Below are positions 10,792-18,777 of a stretch of 32,000 nucleotides of DNA, piece by piece; position 1 is the stretch's first letter, and each line of letters begins with the position of its first letter. Both the position numbers and the translations under genes were made by a program. The stretch is from Deinococcus radiodurans R1 = ATCC 13939 = DSM 20539 (GTDB lineage Bacteria > Deinococcota > Deinococci > Deinococcales > Deinococcaceae). The notes below the pieces were generated by a model. That model was given only the letters and a program-made list of their open reading frames with translations, did not search any database and was not told the DNA's origin. The stretch spans positions 1,911,474 through 1,943,473 of the forward strand of contig NC_001263.1 of NCBI RefSeq assembly GCF_000008565.1, given 5' to 3'.

Positions 10792-11658
10792 GTGATTGCC
10801 GTTACGACCGAATCCACTGCTGACATTTTGCCCCTTCAGTTGGGGTACAGCGGCATCCACCTTTTACCCGTGCCCCTTGGACACCAGGGGCAGGTCTACT
10901 CCGAGCGAGAGTTGCCACCGGACCAACTCGTCAACCTGATCCGCACGACGGGCGAACCGGCCCGCACCCTGGCGATTGACGATGAGGTGGTGGCGCGGAC
11001 GTTCGAGGCGGCTTTGCAGGGCTCAAAGTCGGGACGGCTGGTGCATGTGGCTTCGGGCAGCCGCTTTACCCCGCACTTTGAAGTTGCGGCGCGGGTGGCG
11101 GGGCAGTTCGGGGTGCGGGTGCAGGTGATCGACGGCGGGACGGTGAGTTACGCGCTCGGGGTTCAGGCGCTGCACGCCGCGCACCTCGCCGATCAGGGGG
11201 CGGACTTCGGGCAGATCGCCCGGGCGCTGGCCGAGTTGCGGGAACGAACGCTGCTGACATTCGCGGTGGAGAGCCTCGATTTTCTGCGGGTCAATGGGCG
11301 CATCGGCAATGTCGCCGCCTTTATCGGCAACTGGCTCGGCCTGCGGCCCCTGCTGGCGGTGGAGGCGGGCGAGGTGGTGAGCAAGGCCCGGGTGCGCGGT
11401 CAGGCCGCCGCCGTTCGCACGCTGCTGAGTGCCACCCACCAGTTTCAGCACCAGACCGGCGAGACGCTGCGGCTGTACTGCGGGCACACCATCGGGGGCG
11501 AAGGGGCGGCCGAGCAGTTGCAGGGGCAGCTTCAGGCCGTTTACAGGGACCTGCCCGCCCCACTGCACCCGCTCGGCAGCGGCCTGACCGCCAACGTGGG
11601 CCCCGGCGTGGTGGCGGTCCTCGCCTTTCCGCGCCGCTTCGGGTTGGGGCACGCCTGA
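10792..11658 (+). CDS. DegV-family fatty-acid-binding protein
   Basis: 288-aa ORF with a GTG start preceded by GAGGA (10781-10785). N-terminus IAVTTESTADILP and overall length are typical of DegV proteins. Confidence 0.8.
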   Translation: MIAVTTESTADILPLQLGYSGIHLLPVPLGHQGQVYSERELPPDQLVNLIRTTGEPARTLAIDDEVVARTFEAALQGSKSGRLVHVASGSRFTPHFEVAARVAGQFGVRVQVIDGGTVSYALGVQALHAAHLADQGADFGQIARALAELRERTLLTFAVESLDFLRVNGRIGNVAAFIGNWLGLRPLLAVEAGEVVSKARVRGQAAAVRTLLSATHQFQHQTGETLRLYCGHTIGGEGAAEQLQGQLQAVYRDLPAPLHPLGSGLTANVGPGVVAVLAFPRRFGLGHA

Positions 11659-11772
11659 GCCGTGGGTTCTGGCCCGGTGGTCTGGCCCGGTGGCCCGTCT
11701 GGTGGGGAAATGGGATGGGGACGGGAACGCCGGGTGCGTACTGACCCCTGCCGCCCACGTGGAGACCGAGGG

Positions 11773-11928
11773 ATGAAGGACGCGCTGACCGCCACGACGC
11801 GCCAGAGCGTAAAACAGGCGCACCACAAACTGACGCGGCTGCTCGGGGCGGGACTCGTCGAGGTCGGCGGCGAGAGAAAGCGCGGTGGGCGGGCCGTCAA
11901 GGTCTACCGCGCCGCCGCGCAGGAGTAG
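11773..11928 (+). pseudogene. possible remnant of a winged-helix (ArsR-like) regulator
   Basis: Only about 50 aa. TTRQSVKQAHHKLTRLLGAGLVEVGGERKRGGRAVKVYR resembles the recognition helix plus wing of ArsR-type HTH proteins, but no convincing N-terminal half exists in any frame. A 13-bp tandem duplication lies just upstream. Confidence 0.25.
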
Positions 11929-12078
11929 CGCGTTCCCTTTGCCCTGACCAACGGTGGCGGTTCCAGAGCTGGCCGGAGGTGGGGGTCATGCCGCACAGTT
12001 TGGGCCGGGGACTACTTCGCGCAGGAGGGGGCAGCGTGGAGTGGCCCCCGCGCCGCGTCCCGACTTGCGGCGCCTTAT

Positions 12079-12199
12079 ACGGGTTCGAACTCTACTTCGC
12101 GCATCCAGAAAAAGCGCCCGAACGCGCTTCGCTTCTTTCGAACCCGTCTCTTCTTCTCCTCGCTTCGCTCGGAAAAATAGATTTTATGGGAAATCTATT
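12079..12199 (+). repeat. structured intergenic repeat, copy B
   Basis: ACGGGTTCGAA 12079-12089 pairs with TTCGAACCCGT 12137-12147, enclosing 47 nt. 11-nt CT spacer. Core CTCGCTTCGCTCGG at 12159-12172. Hairpin AATAGATTT 12176-12184 / AAATCTATT 12191-12199, which on the minus strand is followed by a T-run and can terminate the GntR-family gene. Confidence 0.7.
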
Positions 12200-12212
12200 C
12201 TTCGAAGGCATA

Positions 12213-12950
12213 TTACTGCCCTGCTTGTGCTTCGCCCTCTTCCCCGAAGGCGAGCGAAATCGCCAGCATGTCGTCAAAGCCGCGCTGGGCTTCTTCGCGG
12301 TCGCCGCGCTCGATGCCGTCCACGATGCGCTCGTGGGTGGCGAGGTTGTCGGCGAGCTGCCCGGTGGCCTGCAGGTGGGCGATGCTGCGCCGCAGCTGCT
12401 CCATCAGCGGGCGCTGAATGGCCCGCATCAGCCGGGTGACCACGCGGTTGCCCGCCACCTCGGAGAGCAGCAGGTGAAGCTGCATGTCGGCCTCGGCGTA
12501 GGCGCCTGCGCTCCCCATCACGGCCCGCATTGCCTCCACCGCGCCGCGCAGATCGCTGACCTGTGCGGGGGTGGCGCGGGCGACCGCCTGAGCGATGGTG
12601 AAGGCTTCCAGCATCCGCCGGGCCTGCATCAGCTCCTCGAATTCCTGCTCGTCGCCCACCGCCCCGAGCCAACCGTCGAAGGTGGGCACGGCGCCGCCCA
12701 CGCTGCGGACCACCGTGCCGCGCCCGGGCCGGGCGTCCACCAGCCCCGCCGCCGAGAGCACGCTGATCGCCTCGCGCACCCCGGCGAGGCTGGTGCCGAA
12801 CTGCTGCGCGAGTTCGCGCTGGCCCGGCAGGCGGTCGCCGGGTTTGAAGGTGCCGTCGTTGATGAGCTGCTGCAACTTCTCGGCAATGTCGGCCCCGATG
12901 GAGCGGCGCTTTTGCAGCGGGCGAATGGCAGGCGGCGTGCGAACAGACAT
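12213..12950 (-). CDS. GntR/FadR-family transcriptional regulator (LldR/PdhR-like)
   Basis: 245-aa ORF. N-terminal GntR wHTH (LPGQRELAQQFGTSLAGVREAISVLSAAGLVDARPGRGTVV) plus a C-terminal all-helical FCD-type domain. Divergent from the lactate permease gene. Confidence 0.9.
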   Translation of the reverse strand: MSVRTPPAIRPLQKRRSIGADIAEKLQQLINDGTFKPGDRLPGQRELAQQFGTSLAGVREAISVLSAAGLVDARPGRGTVVRSVGGAVPTFDGWLGAVGDEQEFEELMQARRMLEAFTIAQAVARATPAQVSDLRGAVEAMRAVMGSAGAYAEADMQLHLLLSEVAGNRVVTRLMRAIQRPLMEQLRRSIAHLQATGQLADNLATHERIVDGIERGDREEAQRGFDDMLAISLAFGEEGEAQAGQ

Positions 12951-13025
12951 GAAGCCTCAGTGTAGCCCCGGCAGGACAGGGACGAAACAACCCCCTGCGT
13001 CCCCCTTTTTGGACCTGATCCAAAC

Positions 13026-13040
13026 ATTGTTCAGAACAAT
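13026..13040. promoter_or_regulatory. perfect 15-bp palindrome ATTGTTCAGAACAAT, candidate LldR/PdhR-type operator
   Basis: 7-1-7 inverted repeat in the regulator-permease intergenic region. Resembles FadR-subfamily boxes (ATTGGT-n3-ACCAAT). Abuts and overlaps by 1 nt the TTGACA -35 at 13040-13045. Confidence 0.55.
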
Positions 13041-13069
13041 TGACATTTAGGACATTCGCCCCCTAAGCT
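13040..13069 (+). promoter_or_regulatory. predicted sigma-70-type promoter of the lactate permease gene
   Basis: TTGACA 13040-13045, 18-nt spacer, TAAGCT 13064-13069. GGGAGGAAG Shine-Dalgarno sequence before ATG 13130. Confidence 0.5.
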
Positions 13070-13129
13070 CAGCACACTTTCACAAAGTTCAGGAGAGGCG
13101 GCCACCGCTCAGCCGCTCGGGAGGAAGAG

Positions 13130-14833
13130 ATGGAACAAGCCGCGTCGGTCTGGACGCAGAATTACGCGCCTATCGGGGGAAGCATCTGGCTGTCCACCCT
13201 GGTCGCACTGATTCCAGTCGTTTTCTTTTTTGTCGCTCTGGTGGGCCTGCGCCTCAAGGGGTACGTGGCGGGCGCCATCACGGTGCTGCTCGCCTTTCTG
13301 GTGGCGGTGCTCGGGTACGGGATGCCGCTCGCCAAGGCGATTTGGGCCACCCTCTACGGCTTCGGCTACGGGCTGTGGCCGATTGCGTGGATTATTGTCG
13401 CTGCCGTGTTTCTGTACAAAGTGGCGGTCAAGACCGGGCAGTTTGAGGTGATTCGCCAGTCGGTGCTGAGCATCACCGAAGACCAGCGCCTGCTCGTGGT
13501 GCTCATCGGCTTTTGCTTCGGCGCGTTTCTGGAAGGGGCCGCCGGCTTCGGTGCGCCGGTGGCGATTACGGCGGCGCTGCTGGTCGGCCTGGGCCTCAAC
13601 CCCCTGTACGCCGCTGGCCTGTGCCTGATTGCCAACACCGCGCCCGTCGCGTTTGGGGCGCTCGGCATTCCGATTACGGTGGCGGGCAGCCTGACCGGGA
13701 TTCCGGCGCACACCATCGGGGCCATCGCCGGGCGGCAGTTGCCGCTGCTGGCCTGCTTCGTGCCGTTTTTCATGGTCTACCTGATGGACTCCGGCAAGGG
13801 CGGGGCCAAAGCGGGCATGAAGGGCGTGCGTGACTTGTGGCCCGCGCTGCTGGTCGCCGGGCTGTCCTTCGCCGTCACGCAGTACTTCACCTCCAACCAC
13901 CTCGGGCCGGAACTGCCCGACATCACCTCGGCACTCGTCAGCCTGCTCGCCACCGCCGGGTTCCTGAAGGTGTGGAAACCCGCCGAGATTCAGCCTATTC
14001 CTGCACCTCAGACGGTGGGCGCGGCGTACCGCCCGGTGATGCCCACCATGACGGCTGGCAGCGTGCTCAAGGCGTGGTCGCCCTTTTTGCTGCTCACCCT
14101 GTTCGTGGTGATGTGGAGCTTGCCCGCGTTCAAAGCGCTCTTTGACCTCAAGACGCACGGCGCACTCTCGGGCATGGTACTGCACTGGGACGTGCCCACG
14201 CTGCACAACCAGGTGATGAAGGTCGCGCCCATCGTGGCCGAACCGACGCCCTACGCCGCGAGCTACAAGCTGGACTGGTTTTCGGGCACTGGCACCGGCA
14301 TTTTCCTCGCCGCGCTCATCAGCATGGCGGTGCTGGGCATGAAGCCGCGTGAGGGCGTGCAGACCTTCGTGGAGACACTGAAGGAACTCGCCTACCCCAT
14401 CCTCAGCATCATGTTCGTGCTGGGTTTCGCCTACATCGCCAACTACTCCGGCCAGAGCGCGACGATGGCGCTGGCCCTCGCGCAGACCGGGCACCTGTTC
14501 CCGCTGTTCTCGCCGGTGCTCGGCTGGCTCGGCGTGTTCCTGACCGGCTCGGACACTTCGTCCAACGCGCTCTTTAGCGGCCTGCAACAAGTCACCGCGC
14601 AGCAAATCGGCGTCAACCCCGCGCTGACGGTCGCCGCCAACACCACCGGGGGCGTGACCGGCAAGATGATTTCGCCCCAGAGCATCGCGGTGGCCTGCGC
14701 CGCCGTGGGCCTGGTCGGGCGCGAAAGCGAACTGCTGCGCTTTACGGTCAAAAAGAGCCTCGGCTTCCTGGCGGTCATCATGGTCATCACGTACTTGCAG
14801 GCGTATGTGGTGCCGGGGATGATTCCCAGGTAA
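13130..14833 (+). CDS. lldP: L-lactate permease (LctP family)
   Basis: 567-aa polytopic membrane ORF. N-terminus ([27 protein letters not shown]) and length are typical of LctP/LldP. Adjacent to lutABC and an LldR-like regulator. Confidence 0.92.
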   Translation: MEQAASVWTQNYAPIGGSIWLSTLVALIPVVFFFVALVGLRLKGYVAGAITVLLAFLVAVLGYGMPLAKAIWATLYGFGYGLWPIAWIIVAAVFLYKVAVKTGQFEVIRQSVLSITEDQRLLVVLIGFCFGAFLEGAAGFGAPVAITAALLVGLGLNPLYAAGLCLIANTAPVAFGALGIPITVAGSLTGIPAHTIGAIAGRQLPLLACFVPFFMVYLMDSGKGGAKAGMKGVRDLWPALLVAGLSFAVTQYFTSNHLGPELPDITSALVSLLATAGFLKVWKPAEIQPIPAPQTVGAAYRPVMPTMTAGSVLKAWSPFLLLTLFVVMWSLPAFKALFDLKTHGALSGMVLHWDVPTLHNQVMKVAPIVAEPTPYAASYKLDWFSGTGTGIFLAALISMAVLGMKPREGVQTFVETLKELAYPILSIMFVLGFAYIANYSGQSATMALALAQTGHLFPLFSPVLGWLGVFLTGSDTSSNALFSGLQQVTAQQIGVNPALTVAANTTGGVTGKMISPQSIAVACAAVGLVGRESELLRFTVKKSLGFLAVIMVITYLQAYVVPGMIPR

Positions 14834-14840
14834 GAGGTAG

Positions 14841-14890
14841 GGTGGGGGCGTCGGGAGTGAGGCACACTCCCCCCGCCTCCTTCGTTTTTT
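14841..14890 (+). terminator. GC-rich hairpin plus T-run between permease and lutA (terminator or attenuator)
   Basis: GGGAGTG 14853-14859 pairs with CACTCCC 14865-14871, extended by flanking GGCG/CGCC pairs, followed by ttcgTTTTTT (T-run 14885-14890). Confidence 0.6.
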
Positions 14891-14921
14891 ATGCCACCGC
14901 TCTCTCAAAAGGAGACGACAC

Positions 14922-15665
14922 ATGCAAATCGATTTGTTTCTCACTTGCGTCAACGACGCTCTTTTTCCGGGCACCGGACAGGCGACGGTCAAACTGCTCG
15001 AGCGCCTGGGCCACGAGGTCCGGTTTAACCCCTGCCAGACCTGCTGCGGGCAAATGCACCTGAACACCGGCTACGCGGGCGACGCGCTGGACCTCGCCCG
15101 CAAATTCGTGCGTGACTTCAGGGACTCCGAAGTTGTGGTCACGCCCAGCGGCTCCTGCGCGGCGATGGTGCGCGAGCTGTACCCGGAGGCGGCGAAGTGG
15201 GCCGGGGACGAGGAGCTGCTGCGGGACGTGGAAGCGCTGGCCCCCCGCGTCTACGAACTCTCCGAGTTTCTGGTGAACAAGCTCGGCGTGACCGACGTGG
15301 GCGCGTACTACCCGCACCGCGTGACCTACCACCCCACCTGCCACGCCATGCGCTCGCTGCGGGTGGGCGACGCGCCGCTGAAGCTGCTGCAAAACGTACG
15401 CGGCATGACGCTGGTGGAACTTGAGGGCGCGAACGAATGCTGCGGCTTCGGCGGCACCTTCGCAGTCAAAAACCCCGACGTGAGCGCGGCGATGCTGACC
15501 GACAAGGCCCGGCACATCATGGACACGGGGGCCGAAGCCTGCACCGCCGGGGACAATTCCTGCCTGCTGCACATCGGCGGAGGGCTGCACCGCCTCCGCA
15601 GCGGCACCCGCACCGTGCATCTGGCGGAGATTCTGGCGAGTACGGAAGGGGCGGTGTTCGCGTGA
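14922..15665 (+). CDS. lutA: lactate utilization protein A (Fe-S oxidoreductase, CCG-domain)
   Basis: 247-aa ORF with AAGGAG 14909-14914. Cysteine-rich CCG-type motifs (PCQTCCGQM, NECCGFGG). N-terminus MQIDLFLTCVND is typical of LutA/YkgE. Confidence 0.9.
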   Translation: MQIDLFLTCVNDALFPGTGQATVKLLERLGHEVRFNPCQTCCGQMHLNTGYAGDALDLARKFVRDFRDSEVVVTPSGSCAAMVRELYPEAAKWAGDEELLRDVEALAPRVYELSEFLVNKLGVTDVGAYYPHRVTYHPTCHAMRSLRVGDAPLKLLQNVRGMTLVELEGANECCGFGGTFAVKNPDVSAAMLTDKARHIMDTGAEACTAGDNSCLLHIGGGLHRLRSGTRTVHLAEILASTEGAVFA

Positions 15666-17193
15666 GCAACCACGGAGGACTTCACCCCGCCCAGCCCTTT
15701 CCCAAAGCCGCCCGCGAGCAGGTGCTCAAGGCCCAACTGCGCGCCAACCTCCGCAAAGTCACCTACACCATCCGCGACAAACGGGCGAACGTGGTGGCCG
15801 AGCTGCCGCACTGGGAGGGGCTGCGTGACCTCGGCGCGGCGACCAAAAATGCCAGCCTCGCGCAGCTTTCCGACCGGCTGCTGGAGCTGGAAAAGAGCGT
15901 CAAGGCACGCGGCGGCCAGGTGCACTGGGCACGGGACGCGAAAGAAGCCCGCGACATCGTGGCCCGGATTGCCAAAGCGCACGCGGTGGACGAGCTGATT
16001 AAAGTCAAGTCCATCACGTCCGACGAAATCGAACTCAACAAGGCGCTGGAAGAAAAGGGCATCCACGCGATTGAAACCGACCTCGCGGAACTCATCGTGC
16101 AACTGTCCAACGACCGGCCCAGTCACATCCTGGTGCCCGCCATCCACCGCAACCGGGCCGAGATTCAGGCGCTGTTCAATGCCGAGTTGCCCGGCGAAGG
16201 CAGCCTGCCCGACACCCCGGCGGAACTGGCCGGGGCCGCCCGGCGTTACCTGCGCCACAAGTTCCTGACGACCAAAATGGCCGTGTCGGGCGCCAACTTC
16301 GCCATCGCCGAAACCGGGACGGTGTGCGTGGTGGAATCGGAAGGCAACGGGCGCATGTGCCTGACGATGCCGGAGGTGCTCGTCAGCATCATGGGCATCG
16401 AGAAGGTGCTGGAGAAGGTGGAAGACATCAGTGTCTTCATGGAACTGCTCCCGCGCAGCTCCACCGCCGAGCGCATGAACCCCTACAACTCGTTCTGGAG
16501 CGGCGTGACCCCCGGCGACGGCCCGCAGGAGTTTCACCTCGTGCTGCTCGACAACGGGCGCACGAACGTCCTCGCCGACGAGTTCGGGCGCCAGACGCTG
16601 CGCTGTATCCGCTGCTCGGCCTGCCTGAACGTCTGCCCCGTCTACGAACGGGCGGGCGGGCACGCTACGGCTCGGTGTATCCCGGCCCCATCGGCGCGAT
16701 TCTGACGCCGCAACTGCTCGGGATGCACGATGCCAACGCCAACACGCTGCCCGGCGCGTCCAGCCTGTGCGGGGCGTGTTACGACGTGTGCCCGGTCAAA
16801 ATCAACATCCCGCAGGTCCTGATTTACCTCCGCACCCAGGCCAATCTGCAAAAGGGCCTCACCACCGAGGGCCTCGCCATGCAGACCATGAAATTCGTGA
16901 TGTCCGAGGGCTGGCGCTTTGAAGGGGCGCTGAAACTCGCCCGCGTGGGGCAGGGGCCACTCGTCCACGGCGACGCCATCACCGCGCTGCCGGGAATGCT
17001 CGCCGGCTGGACGCAGGCGCGGGACCTGCGGCCCTTCCCCAAAGAGGGCTTCCGCGAGTGGTGGAAGCACCGAGGAGCAACGCAGGCCGCGCCCCCGGCG
17101 GTCGTGCAAAAGGCCGCCGAAGGCCCCAACCCGCCGCAAAAGGACGAAGGCGGCCAGTTCAGCGCGGAGCCTTCGCGGGAGGACACGCTATGA
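15662..17193 (+). pseudogene. lutB: lactate utilization protein B (LutB/YkgF 4Fe-4S protein), interrupted by a 1-nt frameshift near 16664-16666
   Basis: GTG 15662 overlaps the lutA stop (GTGA). Frame 1 carries CIRCSACLNVCPVYERAGGH, then derails to a stop at 16705. The next frame continues YGSVYPGPIGAILTPQLLG...CGACYDVCPVKINIP to 17193. Together they give a complete LutB. Confidence 0.85.
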
Positions 17194-17828
17194 CCACCAT
17201 TCCATCCACCGCCGAAGCCAAGCTGGAGATGCTGACCACCATCAACCGCGCTATTGCCGGGTCCCGGCCCGAGGCGTTGCCACCCTACCCGGTGCCCGCG
17301 CCGCTGAGCCGGGCCGAGATTCTGCACCAGTTCGAGGACCGGATTCTGGACTACGGGGCGGCCTACACGCACGTTTCCGCCGCCGAGTTGCCGGGGGCGA
17401 TTGCCAAAGCTCTTGGGAACGCTCGCCGCGTCATCGTTCCGGCAGGCATTCCCGCGCCGTGGCTCACCGTCGGCATGGACGTGCTGCGCGACGAGCCGCC
17501 GCTGTCCCATGCCGAACTCGACCGGGCCGACGCCGTGCTGACCGGGTGCGCCGTCGCCATCAGCGAGACAGGCACCATCATCCTCGACCACCGCGCGGAC
17601 CAAGGCCGCCGGGCGCTGTCACTCATTCCCGACTTCCACATCTGCGTGGTGCGTGAGGACCAGATCGTGCAGACCGTCCGTGAGGGCGTGGAGGCCGTCG
17701 CCGCCAGCGTCCGCGAGGGCCGCCCGCTCACCTGGCTTTCGGGGGGGAGTGCCACCAGCGACATCGAACTCGTGCGCGTGGAAGGCGTTCACGGGCCGCG
17801 CCGCTTGCAGGTGATCGTCGTCGGCTGA
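17190..17828 (+). CDS. lutC: lactate utilization protein C (LUD/YkgG domain)
   Basis: ATG 17190 overlaps the lutB stop (ATGA). 212 aa, position and size typical of LutC. ORF 17058..17828 trimmed accordingly. Confidence 0.85.
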   Translation: MTTIPSTAEAKLEMLTTINRAIAGSRPEALPPYPVPAPLSRAEILHQFEDRILDYGAAYTHVSAAELPGAIAKALGNARRVIVPAGIPAPWLTVGMDVLRDEPPLSHAELDRADAVLTGCAVAISETGTIILDHRADQGRRALSLIPDFHICVVREDQIVQTVREGVEAVAASVREGRPLTWLSGGSATSDIELVRVEGVHGPRRLQVIVVG

Positions 17829-17863
17829 ATCATCGTCGGCTGAGCGGTCCCTGGCGGGCACCT

Positions 17864-17903
17864 CCCCTCCCCTGTTGCCACGCGGTGACGGGGGGCTTTT
17901 TTT
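17864..17903 (+). terminator. rho-independent terminator after lutC
   Basis: C-rich arm (cccctcccctg) and G-rich arm (acgggggg) around ttgccacgcggtg, followed by cTTTTTTT (17897-17903). Confidence 0.6.
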
Positions 17904-18026
17904 ATCCAAACGAAAGCCGTCTGTCCAGTCAAACCGTACACCTGAGCCAAAAACCGGGCCACAGATGAGCAGATGCAGCGTAAAACCCGTTAAGATCGTC
18001 CTATTTGACTCCCAGGAGGATCAACA

Positions 18027-18590
18027 ATGACCGGTGAATCTTCACCCCACCGGCCCCGGCACATCGTCGTGATGGGCGTGTCGGGGTCGGGCAAAAGTAC
18101 GGTGGCGCGGGCGCTGGCGGAGCGGCTGGGCTGGGCCTTTGCCGAGGCCGACAAGTTTCACCCGCCCGAAAACGTCGCCAAGATGCAGGGCGGCACCCCG
18201 CTGACCGACGAGGACCGCTGGCCGTGGCTGCGGGCGATCCGGGACTGGCTGACGCAGGAAGCGCAGGCCGGGCACAGCACGGTCGTGACCTGCTCGGCGC
18301 TGCGGCGGAGCTACCGCGACGTGCTGCGGGAGGCGGCAGGTGAGGTGCGGTTCGTTCACCTGACAGGCACCCGCGACCTGCTGGCCGAGCGCATGGGCCA
18401 CCGCCAGGGCCACTTCATGCCCGCCAGCCTGCTCGACTCGCAACTGGCGACGCTGGAAGTGCCGGGACCGGACGAACACGCCCTCACCCTCAATATCGGC
18501 GCCGCGCCGGACGAGCTGGTGCGGGAGGTGCTCGCCGGGTTGCAGCTCGGCTCAACCGCTTCCCTCTCAAGCAGGCCGGGACGAGACTGA
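18027..18590 (+). CDS. gntK: gluconokinase (GntK/IdnK family)
   Basis: AGGAGG 18014-18019 lies 7 nt before the ATG. P-loop GVSGSGKST, FHPPENVAKM, VVTCSALRRSYRDVLR, GHFMPASLLDSQLATLE are all typical of thermoresistant gluconokinases. Confidence 0.85.
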   Translation: MTGESSPHRPRHIVVMGVSGSGKSTVARALAERLGWAFAEADKFHPPENVAKMQGGTPLTDEDRWPWLRAIRDWLTQEAQAGHSTVVTCSALRRSYRDVLREAAGEVRFVHLTGTRDLLAERMGHRQGHFMPASLLDSQLATLEVPGPDEHALTLNIGAAPDELVREVLAGLQLGSTASLSSRPGRD

Positions 18591-18777
18591 TACGGTTCTG
18601 AACTCTATTCCGCCCATCCCCACACAGCACCTCAAGTGGGCTCTGCGGCGCAGCCCCACACCACACGTCCGTTCGGAACAGGACAACTGCTCGGCTCCGC
18701 GCTGGGGTGGGCGGTGGAGAGCGGCCCAGTTCTCTTTCCCGGCCCGTTTCTTTCCCGGCCCGAACTCCGGTTACGCT

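Noticed and set aside
11662-11928. Full 88-aa ORF as a genuine gene
   Set aside because: The N-terminal 37 codons are Gly/Arg/Pro-rich, overlap the 13-bp tandem duplication and lack an RBS. Only the C-terminal ~50 aa show HTH-like character, so it is reported as a low-confidence remnant.
12080-12146. GGGTTCGAA / TTCGAACCC, reminiscent of a tRNA T-arm (GGTTCGAA)
   Set aside because: No acceptor stem, anticodon arm or D-arm can be drawn. The two strings pair with each other as the outer stem of repeat copy B.
13109-15067. 652-aa minus-strand ORF opposite lldP and the start of lutA
   Set aside because: Antisense artefact. The plus strand encodes a coherent 12+ TM LctP permease with RBS, promoter and terminator.
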